NCBI RefSeq assembly: GCF_001194135.2
Contig: NC_068999.1
Coordinates: 43,948,718 to 43,989,385 of the forward strand
Source: Octopus bimaculoides
Lineage: Eukaryota
Direction: 5' to 3'
Length of the DNA stretch: 40,668 nt
Made by a program: the position numbers and the translations under genes. Shown one piece after another: positions 23,072 through 36,777 of the stretch. Within the stretch, counting starts at the first letter, position 1. Each line of letters begins with the position of its first letter. The notes beneath the pieces are model-generated. The model saw nothing but the letters and a program-made list of their open reading frames with translations. It did not search any database and was not told the origin of the DNA.

Positions 23072-23383
23072 AGGCGCNNNNNNNNNNNNNNNNNNNNNNN
23101 NNNNNNNNNNNNNNNNNNNNNNNNNNNNNNNNNNNNNNNNNNNNNNNNNNNNNNNNNNNNNNNNNNNNNNNNNNNNNNNNNNNNNNNNNNNNNNNNNNNN
23201 NNNNNNNNNNNNNNNNNNNNNNNNNNNNNNNNNNNNNNNNNNNNNNNNNNNNNNNNNNNNNNNNNNNNNNNNNNNNNNNNNNNNNNNNNNNNNNNNNNNN
23301 NNNNNNNNNNNNNNNNNNNNNNNNNNNNNNNNNNNNNNNNNNNNNNNNNNNNNNNNNNNNNNNNNNNNNNNNNNNNNNNNNNN

Positions 23384-23444
<61 letters not shown>

Positions 23445-24639
23445 AGGCGCCAGTGTTAGATGTTGTGTGTGTTTGTTATTATGAACGTTTCTGTTTGTCT
23501 TCTGTTTGAGGTTTGTGTATGTAACTCATACGCACAGATACTCCTCAATATAAACCTTACACACACGTACATATAAGCACACACACAGACCAACAAACAA
23601 ACAAACAAACACACAAGCTGAAACACAAACATCAACAACGTTGTTTCTTAATATACAGGTTCGTCTGCGTATAAGGTTGTATGTCGGTGTGTGAATTTAT
23701 GTGAACGTGTGTGTGTCTGTTCTTGAATGTGTGTACCTGTGAAAGTACTGATCTTTCCGTAACAGAATCGTTAACTATACATATATACATGCATGCATAC
23801 ATACATACATACATACATACTTCCATAGATACATAAATATATACATACTTATATACATATATGCAATCAAACATACATACATATATGTAAACAGACATAT
23901 ATACACACATACGCATGTGTTATAATGAATGATATACACATATATATTAGTAGCTGGTATCTTTATACTGTGTACATTAAATGATGTTTATCTTTCGCTG
24001 GAATGAGTACTTTTTTTTTGTTGATGTTACGTTAACAGAAAAACAAACTATACATACATACATACATATATATATATACATACATACATACATACATACA
24101 GGTACATATGCACGTGTATATATATATATATATGTATACACACATGCATATGTACCTGTATATACGCGTAATCCCTCACACATATATATAGAGATGTGTC
24201 TATACACATATATATGTTCGTGTGAGTGTATATATATATATATATATACATACATACACACACTCACGCGCGAGCACACACACACACACGCATATATATA
24301 TCCTCACACAGGTACACACACACACAAACACTCTTGGCCATGCTAAATGCCATTGATGTGGAACGAACTCAGATAGGTCATTAGACCATTTTAAGTACCA
24401 TTCATTCTATTTTATTGTTTGCAGCCACTCAAGCAAAGAATTCGGAAGACTCGCAAGTCCTGGTGACGCTGAGATAAACCTGTTATTATGTATGTTCCTG
24501 CTTAAAATCATTGCAATCATCACCATTTCAAAATTCTACGATCAATACATCTCTACATTCTGGCCACACCATCATTTCCGAGTAATTTTTTTTTCCCACT
24601 GAATGGTTTGGTAATACTTGATTTAGATATTTCCCCCTA

Positions 24640-24995
24640 CAGGATTCAAATCGAATTTTTCTTTTCAATCATTTCTGAACCGATAGAAGATTAAATAAAA
24701 TACCAGTCGAGCACTGGTATCGATGTAATTGATTAGCCCCATCCTTGCAAATTTGCTAGCCTTGTGCTAGAATTAGAAAGAGTCTTTAAGAAGGTGGTGA
24801 GCTGACTGAATCGTCAACACATCGTCAAAATGTGTTACGTCGTTACCTTCCGGTTCATTACTTCCGGAAAAAAAAAGCAGATAAAAAGAACGCCATGTTT
24901 ATCATTGGATTTCATCTTTTTAGAGATCGATAAAATAAAGTACCAGTAAAGTACTGGAGTCAAATTTCTGGCTTTGTACCAAATTTATATTTCTT
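24640..24995 (+). mobile_element. Two tandem, diverged family 2 SINE copies
   Basis: First copy: GGATTCAAATC...AAAATACCAGTCGAGCACTGGTATCGATGTAATTGATTAG...CCTTGTGCTAGAATTAGAAAG. A second head GGTGGTGAGCTGACTGAATCGTCAAC follows at about 24792, with GATCGATAAAATAAAGTACCAGTAAAGTACTGGAGTC. Confidence 0.65.
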
Positions 24996-27039
24996 GTTTG
25001 TGTTTTCTATTGTGCGTTTTTTTAAAAGCCGGATTAGCAATGAAAGAACAATCTATGTAGTTAATATGTTAAAGCTTGCAATCATAACACTGAGCTACTT
25101 TCATTTTCACTTTCCGTTATCAGTTTCAAATCTCAGTAGAGGTCATCTTTGTTTCGACAGTAATGCTTCTTTCATTTATTGTCTTATCACAGATCAGTCG
25201 AGTAGGAACAATGTAAGGAGTTACTAGATATACTAAAATTAGCAGACAATTTACTGAATTGCTTCCATTTTCTATTACAAGTTTAAAATCCCAGTGGAGG
25301 CCACCTTGTCTTCCTTTATTATTTTAAACAATTTTTTTCTAAATCAATCACAATGAAGTAATTAATATAGTCATTAGATTTACCAAAATTTGCGAAGAAA
25401 TTAATAAACGGCCCTCATTCTTTACATCTTACAGTCATAAAATCTGAACTGAATATTTAAATTTTAAATAGATTATTCTGGAAAAGCAGAGAAGATGTAC
25501 ACATTTGGAAAGTTTTATTAAGTTACCAATTCCCAGGGATTAACAACATCTAATATAATATCAATTAAATTATTTTGTAGTACTTGGGTAAAAAAGAATT
25601 CTACTTAATAAATAAAGACGCCATTTACAAAATACACATATGACAGATTGCAGCATTTATCACCAATAATCACTTATTAACAGATTTTTATTGAAGACAG
25701 ATCCAACACCATAATCCTTTTTATCAACATGAAACCATAAATCTGCACTGAAATGAAAGTATTATAGACATACCAATATAGCATAGAAATGAAAATGGAA
25801 AATCGAAAGATGTAAACTTTATAACTCAATCAGTTACATAGTCATACATGTACGGCACTTTATCGACACTTGACTATGCATTTACTACGCGGAGTCATTA
25901 CAAGACTACATACAATAATATACAGATCGCGAAATGAAACTAATGAGAAAACGTTAGAAATATGTATGATTTGCATATTCCTTTTTCCACTCCTTGTTTA
26001 GATAGTATTAAATTTACTAATTATTGTTCTAAAGCATATTCTTTGACGATAAACCTTTATAGCGCTTGTCAAGACACCTTTCTTTTCTCTAGTTGTAATT
26101 CCATCTTCGACTTAACGGACGTCCTTTTGTTGTCTTTTGTTGCTTTATTATTTCACAGCTGTCATTTCTATTTGCTTGATGTCTTAGCGAGCAAACGAAA
26201 CATTCTCACAGATCCAGTGAAAAGCGACATGTTGAAAATGCCAACTGCTAAATTAAATAGATACACGCACACACATATACAGATATATATACATACATAC
26301 ATATATANNNNNNNNNNNNNNNNNNNNNNNNNNNNNNNNNNNNNNNNNNNNNNNNNNNNNNNNNNNNNNNNNNNNNNNNNNNNNNNNNNNNNNNNNNNNN
26401 NNNNNNNNNNNNNNNNNNNNNNNNNNNNNNNNNNNNNNNNNNNNNNNNNNNNNNNNNNNNNNNNNNNNNNNNNNNNNNNNNNNNNNNATATATATACGTA
26501 TACATCATATACATCATAAGTTAGGGATTTTGAAGAGCCTCTTTGGGCTTCTGTTTGTTTTTATTATTATATTTTGTTAGGTTGTTTTCGTTCATCATTG
26601 ACAATCGAAATTGTATACTGACGTGCAAAATGTTGAAAGCCGATAATTAACAGCTTTCCTTCTATTTTCCTTAAGATTTTGTATTCAGTTGCTTTTCGTA
26701 TGAACAAAGGCATTCATAACATATTCTTTCTTTTCACAAAAGCTCAGAAACAAATTTCATCTTGGTTTTAGAGAAAGGAATATTTGTTTTAAAATTCCAT
26801 TTCTAAATCTGTAGAATTGTTAGGATGGAGTGCGACTTACCTAATATTACTCGAATAGTATATAAGTCTGTTCTTGGTGGGTTGGGCTTTCGTCTATCCC
26901 AGGAACTGAACTCAGTATCTGAAGCTAGAAAGCTTCACGATACTACTATAGTGCCGAGATTGCTTACAGCGGTGACTTGTGTTAAGGACCACGACAGATC
27001 CTTACGGTGATACTCAGGTAACGAACAGGAAAAGCATCA

Positions 27040-27170
27040 CTCAAATTACATTTTCTGGGCCACCGAAGTCGCCTTTATATTTCATAAAACAAATTACTCG
27101 TCAAATTACTCGTCAAATTACTCGTCAAATTACTCGTCAAGCACTAGGGTCGATGCAGTTGACTAACGTT
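27040..27170 (+). mobile_element. Diverged family 2 SINE containing a perfect 12-bp tandem repeat
   Basis: CACCGAAGTCGCCTTTATATTTCAT...AAGCACTAGGGTCGATGCAGTTGACT parallels the family 2 body. CAAATTACTCGT occurs 4 times plus CAA at 27090-27140. Confidence 0.55.
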
Positions 27171-27416
27171 TTCCCCTCGGTATTGGGTTAGGAAAGCCTT
27201 TTGTTAAAATACAAAAAGTTACCGAGGTACTTGATCTTAGATGTCCCATGAGATTGACAGGCGTTACTCCATTAGACCGAAGTGAGACTTCGATTTCTCT
27301 CTCTACATACTAGAAATCTTAGCGAGAATTTTATGTTGTTGACGTCATAAGAATTTGGAAACTTCAAGTAAGTGGAATGATCATTTCTATATATGAAGAT
27401 GTGTATATAATACACA

Positions 27417-27482
<66 letters not shown>

Positions 27483-27700
27483 NNNNNNNNNNNNNNNNNN
27501 NNNNNNNNNNNNNNNNNNNNNNNNNNNNNNNNNNNNNNNNNNNNNNNNNNNNNNNNNNNNNNNNNNNNNNNNNNNNNNNNNNNNNNNNNNNNNNNNNNNN
27601 NNNNNNNNNNNNNNNNNNNNNNNNNNNNNNNNNNNNNNNNNNNNNNNNNNNNNNNNNNNNNNNNNNNNNNNNNNNNNNNNNNNNNNNNNNNNNNNNNNNN

Positions 27701-27733
<33 letters not shown>

Positions 27734-28555
27734 GTGTGTGTGTGTGTGTGTGTGTATGCAAATATATATATATGAATTTATATATATATATATATATGTA
27801 TATGTACATTATATACATATATGTATGTGTGTATATGTGTAGATGTATACGTATGTGTTCGTATATTCATACATATGTGTGTGCATATTTGTGTGGGTGT
27901 TGATTTAGATTTACATACATGCGTACATGCATCATACATAGACATACACAGACAAACAGACACATATACACAAGCACACACACACACACTTACACACACA
28001 CGAATACACACACATATATATATAAAACTGGAATATACTGGAAAAAAGTTTTTAAAAAAAAGAGATATCGAATATAATGATTTTATGGCGGAACATTGAA
28101 AACCAAGTTTGCAGCAGCCGCATCCCTCGTATTTGAATGGATCACACAAATTTTCAGATATTTATTGATGTTGTCGATGTTTTTATTATTTTCCAATATG
28201 TTATCACAGAAATTTATATGTTAATTTATTTAAATTTGGCTTCTTAAACATGCGAAAATTAAAATATCAATTAATTATTTGCCTTCGTTAAGATATCTCT
28301 AAGATATTCCTTGAACTTCTGTATTCATAATCCTTTAATATCGATTCCTCTTTCTGTGGGTAGCGTTGATACTGTATGTTAATCAAACGCTACAGAATGT
28401 TAGTGATTGTTAAAGAGATGTTGCGGTGGGAGCGTTTTTCTCTCATGACTCAAACGCAGAAATGCTTAAATGCGCAGCCGTTCATAAATAGCAAACGAAA
28501 CGTGTGTTACATCATTATTTTAACCCTTTCCTTATTATAAAATTTGTTTGTTCTT

Positions 28556-28644
28556 TTTTTCCTTTGTTTCAGGCATTGGACTGCAGCCATGCTGGAGCAC
28601 TGCCTTAAATGGGCCTTTAACGAACGAAACCACCCAGTACTTAT
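28556..28644 (-). mobile_element. Family 1 SINE 3' tail, cut by a gap
   Basis: TTTGTTTCAGGCATTGGACTGCAGCCATGCTGGAGCACTGCCTT...CCCAGTACTTAT. Confidence 0.8.
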
Positions 28645-29074
28645 NNNNNNNNNNNNNNNNNNNNNNNNNNNNNNNNNNNNNNNNNNNNNNNNNNNNNNNN
28701 NNNNNNNNNNNNNNNNNNNNNNNNNNNNNNNNNNNNNNNNNNNNNNNNNNNNNNNNNNNNNNNNNNNNNNNNNNNNNNNNNNNNNNNNNNNNNNNNNNNN
28801 NNNNNNNNNNNNNNNNNNNNNNNNNNNNNNNNNNNNNNNNNNNNNNNNNNNNNNNNNNNNNNNNNNNNNNNNNNNNNNNNNNNNNNNNNNNNNNNNNNNN
28901 NNNNNNNNNNNNNNNNNNNNNNNNNNNNNNNNNNNNNNNNNNNNNNNNNNNNNNNNNNNNNNNNNNNNNNNNNNNNNNNNNNNNNNNNNNNNNNNNNNNN
29001 NNNNNNNNNNNNNNNNNNNNNNNNNNNNNNNNNNNNNNNNNNNNNNNNNNNNNNNNNNNNNNNNNNNNNNNNNN

Positions 29075-29113
<39 letters not shown>

Positions 29114-29120
29114 TAGCTTA

Positions 29121-29345
29121 TCTTATCTTTTATTGTTTCAGACATTTGAATGCGGCCATGCTGGGGCACCGCCTTGCATTTTTAGTTGAATGAATTGACC
29201 CCAGTACTAATTTTTGTAACATCGTACTTATTCTATCGGTTACTTATGACGAACCGCTACTTTACGTGGGCACAAACACACCAACGCTCTTTGTCAAGCG
29301 GTGGTAGTGGGAAAAAGACAGACATAAAGATATACACACACATAG
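29121..29345 (-). mobile_element. Family 1 SINE 3' half
   Basis: TTGTTTCAGACATTTGAATGCGGCCATGCTGGGGCACCGCCTT...TTGACCCCAGTAC...TACTTATTCTATCGG...GAACCGCTA...TTGTCAAGCGGTGG. Confidence 0.8.
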
Positions 29346-30135
29346 ATATATAACCGTATATATATATATATTTGCATTGAGAATTACTTCCCATCACCAA
29401 CCGGTGGTTGTCACGCTGATGACGGGTCAATACCCCGGGCTGTGTGTATCGCGTCAGGGTCGAGATGAGACTGATGACTTCCCTGTGCAAATACTGATAG
29501 GGCACAGAAAGTGTGTTAATAGCCAGCTGGCGGAGATAGCTTCCTGTGGCTACAAGCTACAGTAGCATCAACTTTTATGGGTTAACCACATTTAGGTGCC
29601 AAATATACTTCACGATGTCGTGCTACTACTGTTTATACCTCGCTCAGCGATTAATTATTGCATATATATATATATATATATATATANNNNNNNNNNNNNN
29701 NNNNNNNNNNNNNNNNNNNNNNNNNNNNNNNNNNNNNNNNNNNNNNNNNNNNNNNNNNNNNNNNNNNNNNNNNNNNNNNNNNNNNNNNNNNNNNNNNNNN
29801 NNNNNNNNNNNNNNNNNNNNNNNNNNNNNNNNNNNNNNNNNNNNNNNNNNNNNNNNNNNNNNNNNNNNNNNNNNNNNNNNNNNNNNNNNNNNNNNNNNNN
29901 NNNNNNNNNNNNNNNNNNNNNNNNNNNNNNNNNNNNNNNNNNNNNNNNNNNNNNNNNNNNNNNNNNNNNNNNNNNNNNNNNNNNNNNNNNNNNNNNNNNN
30001 NNNNNNNNNNNNNNNNNNNNNNNNNNNNNNNNNNNNNNNNNNNNNNNNNNNNNNNNNNNNNNNNNNNNNNNNNNNNNNNNNNNNNNNNNNNNNNNNNNNN
30101 NNNNNNNNNNNNNNNNNNNNNNNNNNNNNNNNNNN

Positions 30136-30190
<55 letters not shown>

Positions 30191-30364
30191 GTGCGGTGGT
30201 TGGAACCATAGCATTTCTTTTTCAGATATCTGGGGCTGGTACGAAAAAGGGAGGTAACTACATTCTGACAGAAGGCTTGGATCTCTGAATGTTTACGACA
30301 GAGTGGACACAGGTTCAGCCATAGACATCGGATTAATTCTACCACCCAATCACAGAAAGAGACC

Positions 30365-30530
30365 CTCTGCTGGGTTTCCACACACTTTACTTCCCGTTCT
30401 CCAAATCGTACTCACAAGGCTTTACTCGATCCGATGCTATAATAGAAGAGACTCGTCTAAATTACTGTGTAATAGGATCGAACAGGAATCCTCAAATTTG
30501 CTAAGTAAGCATCTGAGCACGCAACTACTA
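30365..30530 (-). mobile_element. Old family 1 SINE 5' part
   Basis: CTCACAAGGCTTTACTCGATCCGATGCTATAATAGAAGAGACTCG resembles 16345-16380 and the reverse complement of 32870-32915. Confidence 0.4.
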
Positions 30531-31104
30531 CTATCCACCCCACCGCCCCATGCTGATCCCTTCCTAACCACAGACCCATCTCAATCTACTCCAGTATTCT
30601 ATCGTTGTCTGACAGCTGTGACCTTTCCTCGATGCATCCTTAAAATTTTCAGAATATTTCGCTTTCTTTACTCTCTTTCTCGTTCTTGCTTCTAATTTTT
30701 CCGGTTAATTTATTGAAATAATCCTTTCGAAAGATTCCAAATTTAACGTATTTCAATTATTCATTTGGGTTAATTATTCTTATTTCATTAAGCAACTTTT
30801 CAATTAATTGTTTCTCGTAATTATGCAAAAATTTCTGAAAGAATATTGCAATCGAAATAATGATTATTACTACATGGTTATAGAAAAGCTATCGTCTTCA
30901 AGTTTCAGTTTGTAGAAATGGAAGAATTGGTAAGGAACTGATACGAATGCTTGGCTGTATTTCTTTCTGTTCCTCTGAGTATTCTGATTTCAAGTCAAGG
31001 TTGTATACGCGCAGATTGTATTCATTTCTCAGCGTTGATGGAATACGTACAAGTCATATACAGGTCGATTCCAACAAGCGCTTTTAAAAATCAGCTCCTT
31101 TATA

Positions 31105-31430
31105 TTTTACCGAATTGAGCCAATATCTACGTGATCGTGTGATCACATGATTGACCAGACAATTAGATGTTGTTATACATCACTGGTCATAATGCTCTTT
31201 GTGTCCTTTTAACTTTGGAATAATGTCACCCCACTGGCTAGGCGATCAGACCAACATTCCCTCTGATAGGAAAGCTAGTCTGTCGCACGGCCACCCCTTT
31301 ACAGATGAGTGTACTGGAACGACGTAAAACGAAGTATTTTGCTCAAGGACACATTGCGCAGCCGGTCTGGGAATCGAAATCACGATCTTCAGATCATGCA
31401 ACCGCGCTAACCACTAGGCCACGCGCCTTC
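31105..31430 (-). mobile_element. Near full-length tRNA-derived SINE (local family 3)
   Basis: Minus strand: GAAGGCGCG, A box TGGCCTAGTGG (31421-31411), B-box-like TTTCGATTCCC (31379-31369), then GTGTCCTTGAGCAAAATACTT (reminiscent of CORE-type central domains) and a roughly 200-nt body. The 3' boundary is approximate. Confidence 0.75.
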
Positions 31431-31439
31431 ATTATCGGG

Positions 31440-31631
31440 TAGTGGTTCTCAACCAGGGTCCATATAAAATTTTATTGTGAAAATTTGTATAATAAATTGA
31501 TTATTCTTCTTAATGTTTAACTAGAAAAATAAAATAAGGATTTTTTTAAAACATTGAATGGCTATGAAGATCCACCCGGGTAAAACAGAGACCAAGATGG
31601 TCCATAGATGAAAAATGTTTGAGAACCACTT
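31440..31631. mobile_element. hAT/Charlie-like MITE of about 190 bp
   Basis: Left end TAGTGGTTCTCAACC (31440-31454) and right end GTTTGAGAACCACTT (31617-31631) are imperfect inverted repeats of the CAGTGGTTCTCAA type. No 8-bp TSD is visible. Confidence 0.65.
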
Positions 31632-32156
31632 CCATAAGACAATATTCAGTAATGAAACAAAAGCAAAACAAAATATAACGACCGGTAATGAAATAAAAGA
31701 GCTCAATTGGGGATTTGCGTAATAAAAATGTTTTTATTTTCGTTGTTTTCCTCGCAGTACTTTCTCCTTTTTGCGTACTCAAATTGTGTACAGAAGCGAT
31801 TAACTGATATTAGTAATAGGGTATCTCTCTACAGCTTACAGCAACGAGTTCCACTTGTCTCCATGCTAAACAATTTATCTCATCGGCGGGCATTAACATT
31901 GTGAATGCTGCAGTTTGGTCGTTTCTCACACTTTTCTTGAAACAGCAAACGTCGTGAGAACCTGTGGTACCAAGCAGTCAGTCAGTCAGTCAGTCGGACG
32001 GTCTGTTATCGCTGTTGGCTATGTTTTCCTTTTATTGTTTATAAGAGTTGTTTAAGTTGGAAGAAAATGGTATTCGACGCTGCCTGGAGGTAAAACAACT
32101 ATTCAAGTATCCTAATTTGTTGAACTAATGCATTACATCAGTGTTCCTAGGCATAT

Positions 32157-32192
<36 letters not shown>

Positions 32193-32786
32193 CAGGGATG
32201 TTCTCTTCTACTTTAGAACATGAAGCATGTAGTGTTTGATGTTTTCATAAAGATAGCAAGGAATTTTGTTGTGAGAAATTTTTCCCTGCAGTATAAAAGT
32301 CTATTGGATGTGATGCAATACCCAAATGTTGACCTTGTTTACATGACTATATTGACTCTGTCTATGCAGTGGAGTCATGTGAAAGACCAGGTCGTAGTTG
32401 ATGCAACGAACATTTTGACAACAAATAATTTATTTTATAAGTTAACTATCTTCGCGTGATTTTAAATGGCTTTATATGTGTCTTCCACAATGCAATCGGG
32501 TTCGCTTCTATATACAGTTTCCGATTCAGTCCCTTGCATGGCATGGGGCCTTCGACATCTTCCTCTTCACTTATCCATGTTTTGCTCATTAATTCAGGCA
32601 TGTTGCCTGTTCATTTTTTACCCAGCCACTATTTCTCCGACGTGTTCCTTATATTATGCCCTCAATTTTCGGGCTGTTCTTCACATGGTAAACGACTTGG
32701 AAGAATTTTACTGTTTGGCTTTAAAAGCTGCTAAAGATGCAAAAGAGCAACAAGTACGAAGTAAATACGACATTGTTAATATGGCA

Positions 32787-32970
32787 AGCGCAAGAGTGGC
32801 TCTGTGGTAAAAAGCTTGCTTCCCAACCACGTGTTTCCGGGTTGAATCCCACTGCATGGCACCTTTGACGAGTATCATCTACTGTTGTCTCGGACCACCA
32901 AAGCCTTCTGAGCCGATTTGATAGACGGAAACCGAAGGAAGCCTATCGTATGTATGTGAATATATATACT
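32787..32970 (+). mobile_element. Family 1 SINE 5' half (tRNA-like head)
   Basis: AGCGCAAGAGTGGCTCTGTGGTAA (A-box-like), CCGGGTTGAATCCCACTGC (B-box-like), then CCAAAGCCTTCTGAG...GACGGAAACCGAAGGAAGCC and a TA/TG linker. Confidence 0.75.
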
Positions 32971-33213
32971 TTATCGATAAAGCTGCAAAAGACATCACAA
33001 AAAGAACTTTTTCCCAGAATTTCACGTACCCGTTCGTTTTGGCTGAGAATCAACCAAAGCCGTCCGACGAACAGGAACGTGAAACCCTGAGTTACAGTTT
33101 TTGTGATGTCGTTGTAGCTTTAGTAACGAACCATATTACTCTACCTCAGGTATTCGAGTACAATCTGTTCCACCTTGTTTAACGTTTATGTGCTTACTCT
33201 GTTATACACATAC

Positions 33214-33259
<46 letters not shown>

Positions 33260-34269
33260 NNNNNNNNNNNNNNNNNNNNNNNNNNNNNNNNNNNNNNNNN
33301 NNNNNNNNNNNNNNNNNNNNNNNNNNNNNNNNNNNNNNNNNNNNNNNNNNNNNNNNNNNNNNNNNNNNNNNNNNNNNNNNNNNNNNNNNNNNNNNNNNNN
33401 NNNNNNNNNNNNNNNNNNNNNNNNNNNNNNNNNNNNNNNNNNNNNNNNNNNNNNNNNNNNNNNNNNNNNNNNNNNNNNNNNNNNNNNNNNNNNNNNNNNN
33501 NNNNNNNNNNNNNNNNNNNNNNNNNNNNNNNNNNNNNNNNNNNNNNNNNNNNNNNNNNNNNNNNNNNNNNNNNNNNNNNNNNNNNNNNNNNNNNNNNNNN
33601 NNNNNNNNNNNNNNNNNNNNNNNNNNNNNNNNNNNNNNNNNNNNNNNNNNNNNNNNNNNNNNNNNNNNNNNNNNNNNNNNNNNNNNNNNNNNNNNNNNNN
33701 NNNNNNNNNNNNNNNNNNNNNNNNNNNNNNNNNNNNNNNNNNNNNNNNNNNNNNNNNNNNNNNNNNNNNNNNNNNNNNNNNNNNNNNNNNNNNNNNNNNN
33801 NNNNNNNNNNNNNNNNNNNNNNNNNNNNNNNNNNNNNNNNNNNNNNNNNNNNNNNNNNNNNNNNNNNNNNNNNNNNNNNNNNNNNNNNNNNNNNNNNNNN
33901 NNNNNNNNCGTGTTTCAAGAAGTATTGGGAGTTCTTGTACAGGAGCGATCGAGGTGGGGCGGGGGGCAATTGAATGTATTCCATTAGAAGGGGGGGGGGA
34001 ATTTCATTAGCGTTCGCTTCGTCTATTATGTTTCTTTTAATTTATTTCACCGCATCTCTACATGGACAACAGCATTTAGCCTGGACATATAAATGCATAC
34101 AACAGACCGACATACATATACTAACCTGGTCCTCCTCCTCACCCAATTCTTCTTTTTTCTCCTCCTCATCCTCTTCCTCCTTATCCACCTCTTCCACTTC
34201 TCCTTCGTCCTCCTCCTCCTCCACTCCCCACTTCTCATCATTCCTATCCTCTTCTCACCCTTCTTCGAT

Positions 34270-34421
34270 CCTCACAATGTCCCACATCCTTTCTTTCTAT
34301 TTTTCTTTCTTTCTTTCTTTCTTTCTTTCTTTCCTTCTTTCTTTCTTTCTTCCTTACTTTCTTTCTTGTTTGCTTGCTTGCTTGCTTGCTTTCTGCATAC
34401 ATATATGTACACATACAGGAT

Positions 34422-34480
<59 letters not shown>

Positions 34481-34538
34481 CACACACACACACACACANN
34501 NNNNNNNNACAGACGGACAGGCAGACAGATAGATAGAG

Positions 34539-34577
<39 letters not shown>

Positions 34578-34620
34578 CAGATAGATAGATAGATAGAATG
34601 AGAGATAGATAGATAGATGG
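34270..34620. repeat. Compound (CTTT)n / (GCTT)n / (CA)n / (GATA)n microsatellite
   Basis: Seen directly. Confidence 0.95.
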
Positions 34621-34923
34621 ATACTCATTTATATATATGTATATGTTTGTGTGTGTAAGTATGTTTCTATGTACGTTTTTGTGTATGTATGTGTATGTAT
34701 GTATGTGTGTGTGTGTGTTTGTGTGTGTATGAATGAGTGTGCGGAGAAAAATAATCCTCTCCTGTCCACTTTGTAACTTCTGGAATGTTCGACAAAAACC
34801 ACATTAGTGTTCGTCATTTTGATAAATTGTATTTGACCACTCCAACAATTGACCACTCCAACGAATGACCACACCATCAATCAACGTGTACGAGTGGACG
34901 TTTGAATATGTGTGTGTGTATAT

Positions 34924-34964
<41 letters not shown>

Positions 34965-35175
34965 CGTGTGTGTATGTATATGTGTGTATGTGAGTGTGCA
35001 TGTGTATGTGTCTGTGTGTGAATGATTGTTAGGAGATCATTGTATACGGAATGCGTCTTTTATATGCGTCTATTTGTGTTGTTGTTGTTGCTGTTGTTGG
35101 CAGTGATGGTAGATTTGCCGTCATTTAGCCACAGGTCACCTCTCATTGACCAGATCAATGACCCAACGCATTTCT

Positions 35176-35316
35176 ACTAAGAAGATTTCTTCTTCTTCTT
35201 CTTCTTCTTCTTCTTCTTCTTCTTCTCCCCCTCCTCCCCCTTCTTCTTCTTCTTCTTCTTCTTCTTCTTCTTCTTCTTCTTCTTCTTCTTCTTCTTCTTC
35301 TTCTTCTTCTTCTTCT
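35176..35316. repeat. (TTC)n microsatellite with a central (CCT)-rich interruption
   Basis: Seen directly. It produces the poly-S and poly-E ORFs. Confidence 0.95.
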
Positions 35317-36080
35317 ACACACATGAAATGGACTCTCGAACGCAGGAACGCTATGAAAAGATCTTAGAAAACTGCCTAGCCTGGCGCTACAGAAAACTGA
35401 ACCATGTACCTTTCAAATTCCGGCCAGACATACATGGTTTGATTCTTTGTGGAGGTTGCATAAACTCTTTCCTAAACCCTCTTCACAAGGTTCCTGCGTT
35501 TGAGAATTCCTTTATTTTCTTTAGAATACCAACTCAATCGGCGCTTTTATGTTACTTTACAGCAAACACACAGGCAAATATATACAAACATACATATATA
35601 CACACACACATACACACATATATGATTTTTAGTTTTAGATATGGATTCAGAGAATGGTGTGGCTACCACAGAAATCTCTTCTAACGGAGTCGGTTATCAG
35701 ATCACTTAGCAATCAAGTACAGAGACGTGCAGTGCAGAGTGTCCATGCAGCTGAGATCCAAAAGATCTGAACAATGAAATTACTTCACGAGGGGCATATA
35801 AACCGTAAAAAGTCAGGATGTATGAGATACGGATATATTTGTTTAACCATTTGATATCCTTAGGATTACGGCTGTTTCGCAGCTTTCTTCACGTAATAAT
35901 AATAATTATATATATATATATATATATATATNNNNNNNNNNNNNNNNNNNNNNNNNNNNNNNNNNNNNNNNNNNNNNNNNNNNNNNNNNNNNNNNNNNNN
36001 NNNNNNNNNNNNNNNNNNNNNNNNNNNNNNNNNNNNNNNNNNNNNNNNNNNNNNNNNNNNNNNNNNNNNNNNNNNNNNNN

Positions 36081-36117
<37 letters not shown>

Positions 36118-36777
36118 AGATGATAAATATGAATATAAATTAGAAGAGAAAGAAATACAGGGACATACAAGGAGAGAGTTATGGGGTCGGAGACTTATTT
36201 ACCAGAGAAAATTTGTCTGTTTTAATAGTAACAGAGAGAAAATCGTGTCAGTGAGATATTAGTTAGACCGGGTAGGCGGAGTTTTAAAACTTAATGACAA
36301 GTCGTCAGAATTGATATTGGAACAAACTCACATCCAATTACCGTACAAATCTCTAATTAACAGAACAGCTTTAACATCAAACTTGAAGCCCATCCGTCAT
36401 GACAGATGTGTCTTGGCTGTAATTTAAGAGAAGGTTCGTCAACAATATGCAATTGCGATATACAATTACTGTTTACTTGAGAATGCTTTCCACTTAGCCG
36501 TGCACAGCTTTCAACGAGAATCATTCGGTGAGAGTCACTTTGCTATTTCTAACTCGTGGCTTTCGACAAACAATATTCAAAGCTATCATCCTTCTCGTTT
36601 AACCTTGATTACGTACTACGTAGGCATGGTGTTTCTATGAGAGACTCTAAGTATAGAGTGTGGTAGCTAGTGGACAGATTGGATTTACAAAGTGTGTGTG
36701 TGTGAGGTGGTGCTGGTGGAAGTGGTGGTGGAAGTGTGTATGTCAGTGTGTGTCGTCATCATAATCATCATCATCAC

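Noticed and set aside
23050-23455. Identical (GT)nATGTAGGCGC on both sides of the gap
   Set aside because: This is most likely the same sequence assembled twice around an overestimated gap, not a real duplication.
25660-25765. Minus-strand acceptor TACTTTCATTTCAG followed by an open frame ADLWFHVDKKDYGVGSVFNKNLLI
   Set aside because: There is no convincing donor before the stop and I do not recognise the peptide. A nearby strong acceptor (about 25480) leads to stops in all three frames.
29416-29510. Two plus-strand CTGATGA boxes, the first followed by a GGG/CCC mini-stem
   Set aside because: The first has GGGC where GAAAC is required and no helix I. The second is separated from its CTGTGC/GCACAG stem by 5 extra nt and lacks a UH site. 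Neither is a complete hammerhead.
32440-32620. Minus-strand peptide PMPCKGLNRKLYIEANP, faintly like the piggyBac MVPFKGR...KQYI..KP motif
   Set aside because: The catalytic IDE motif is absent, the surrounding frame has several stops, and no TTAA-flanked TIRs were seen.
35328-35684. 118-aa ORF MDSRTQERYEKILENCLAWRY...
   Set aside because: There is no recognisable domain or clear splice signals, and it runs into a CA/TA microsatellite.
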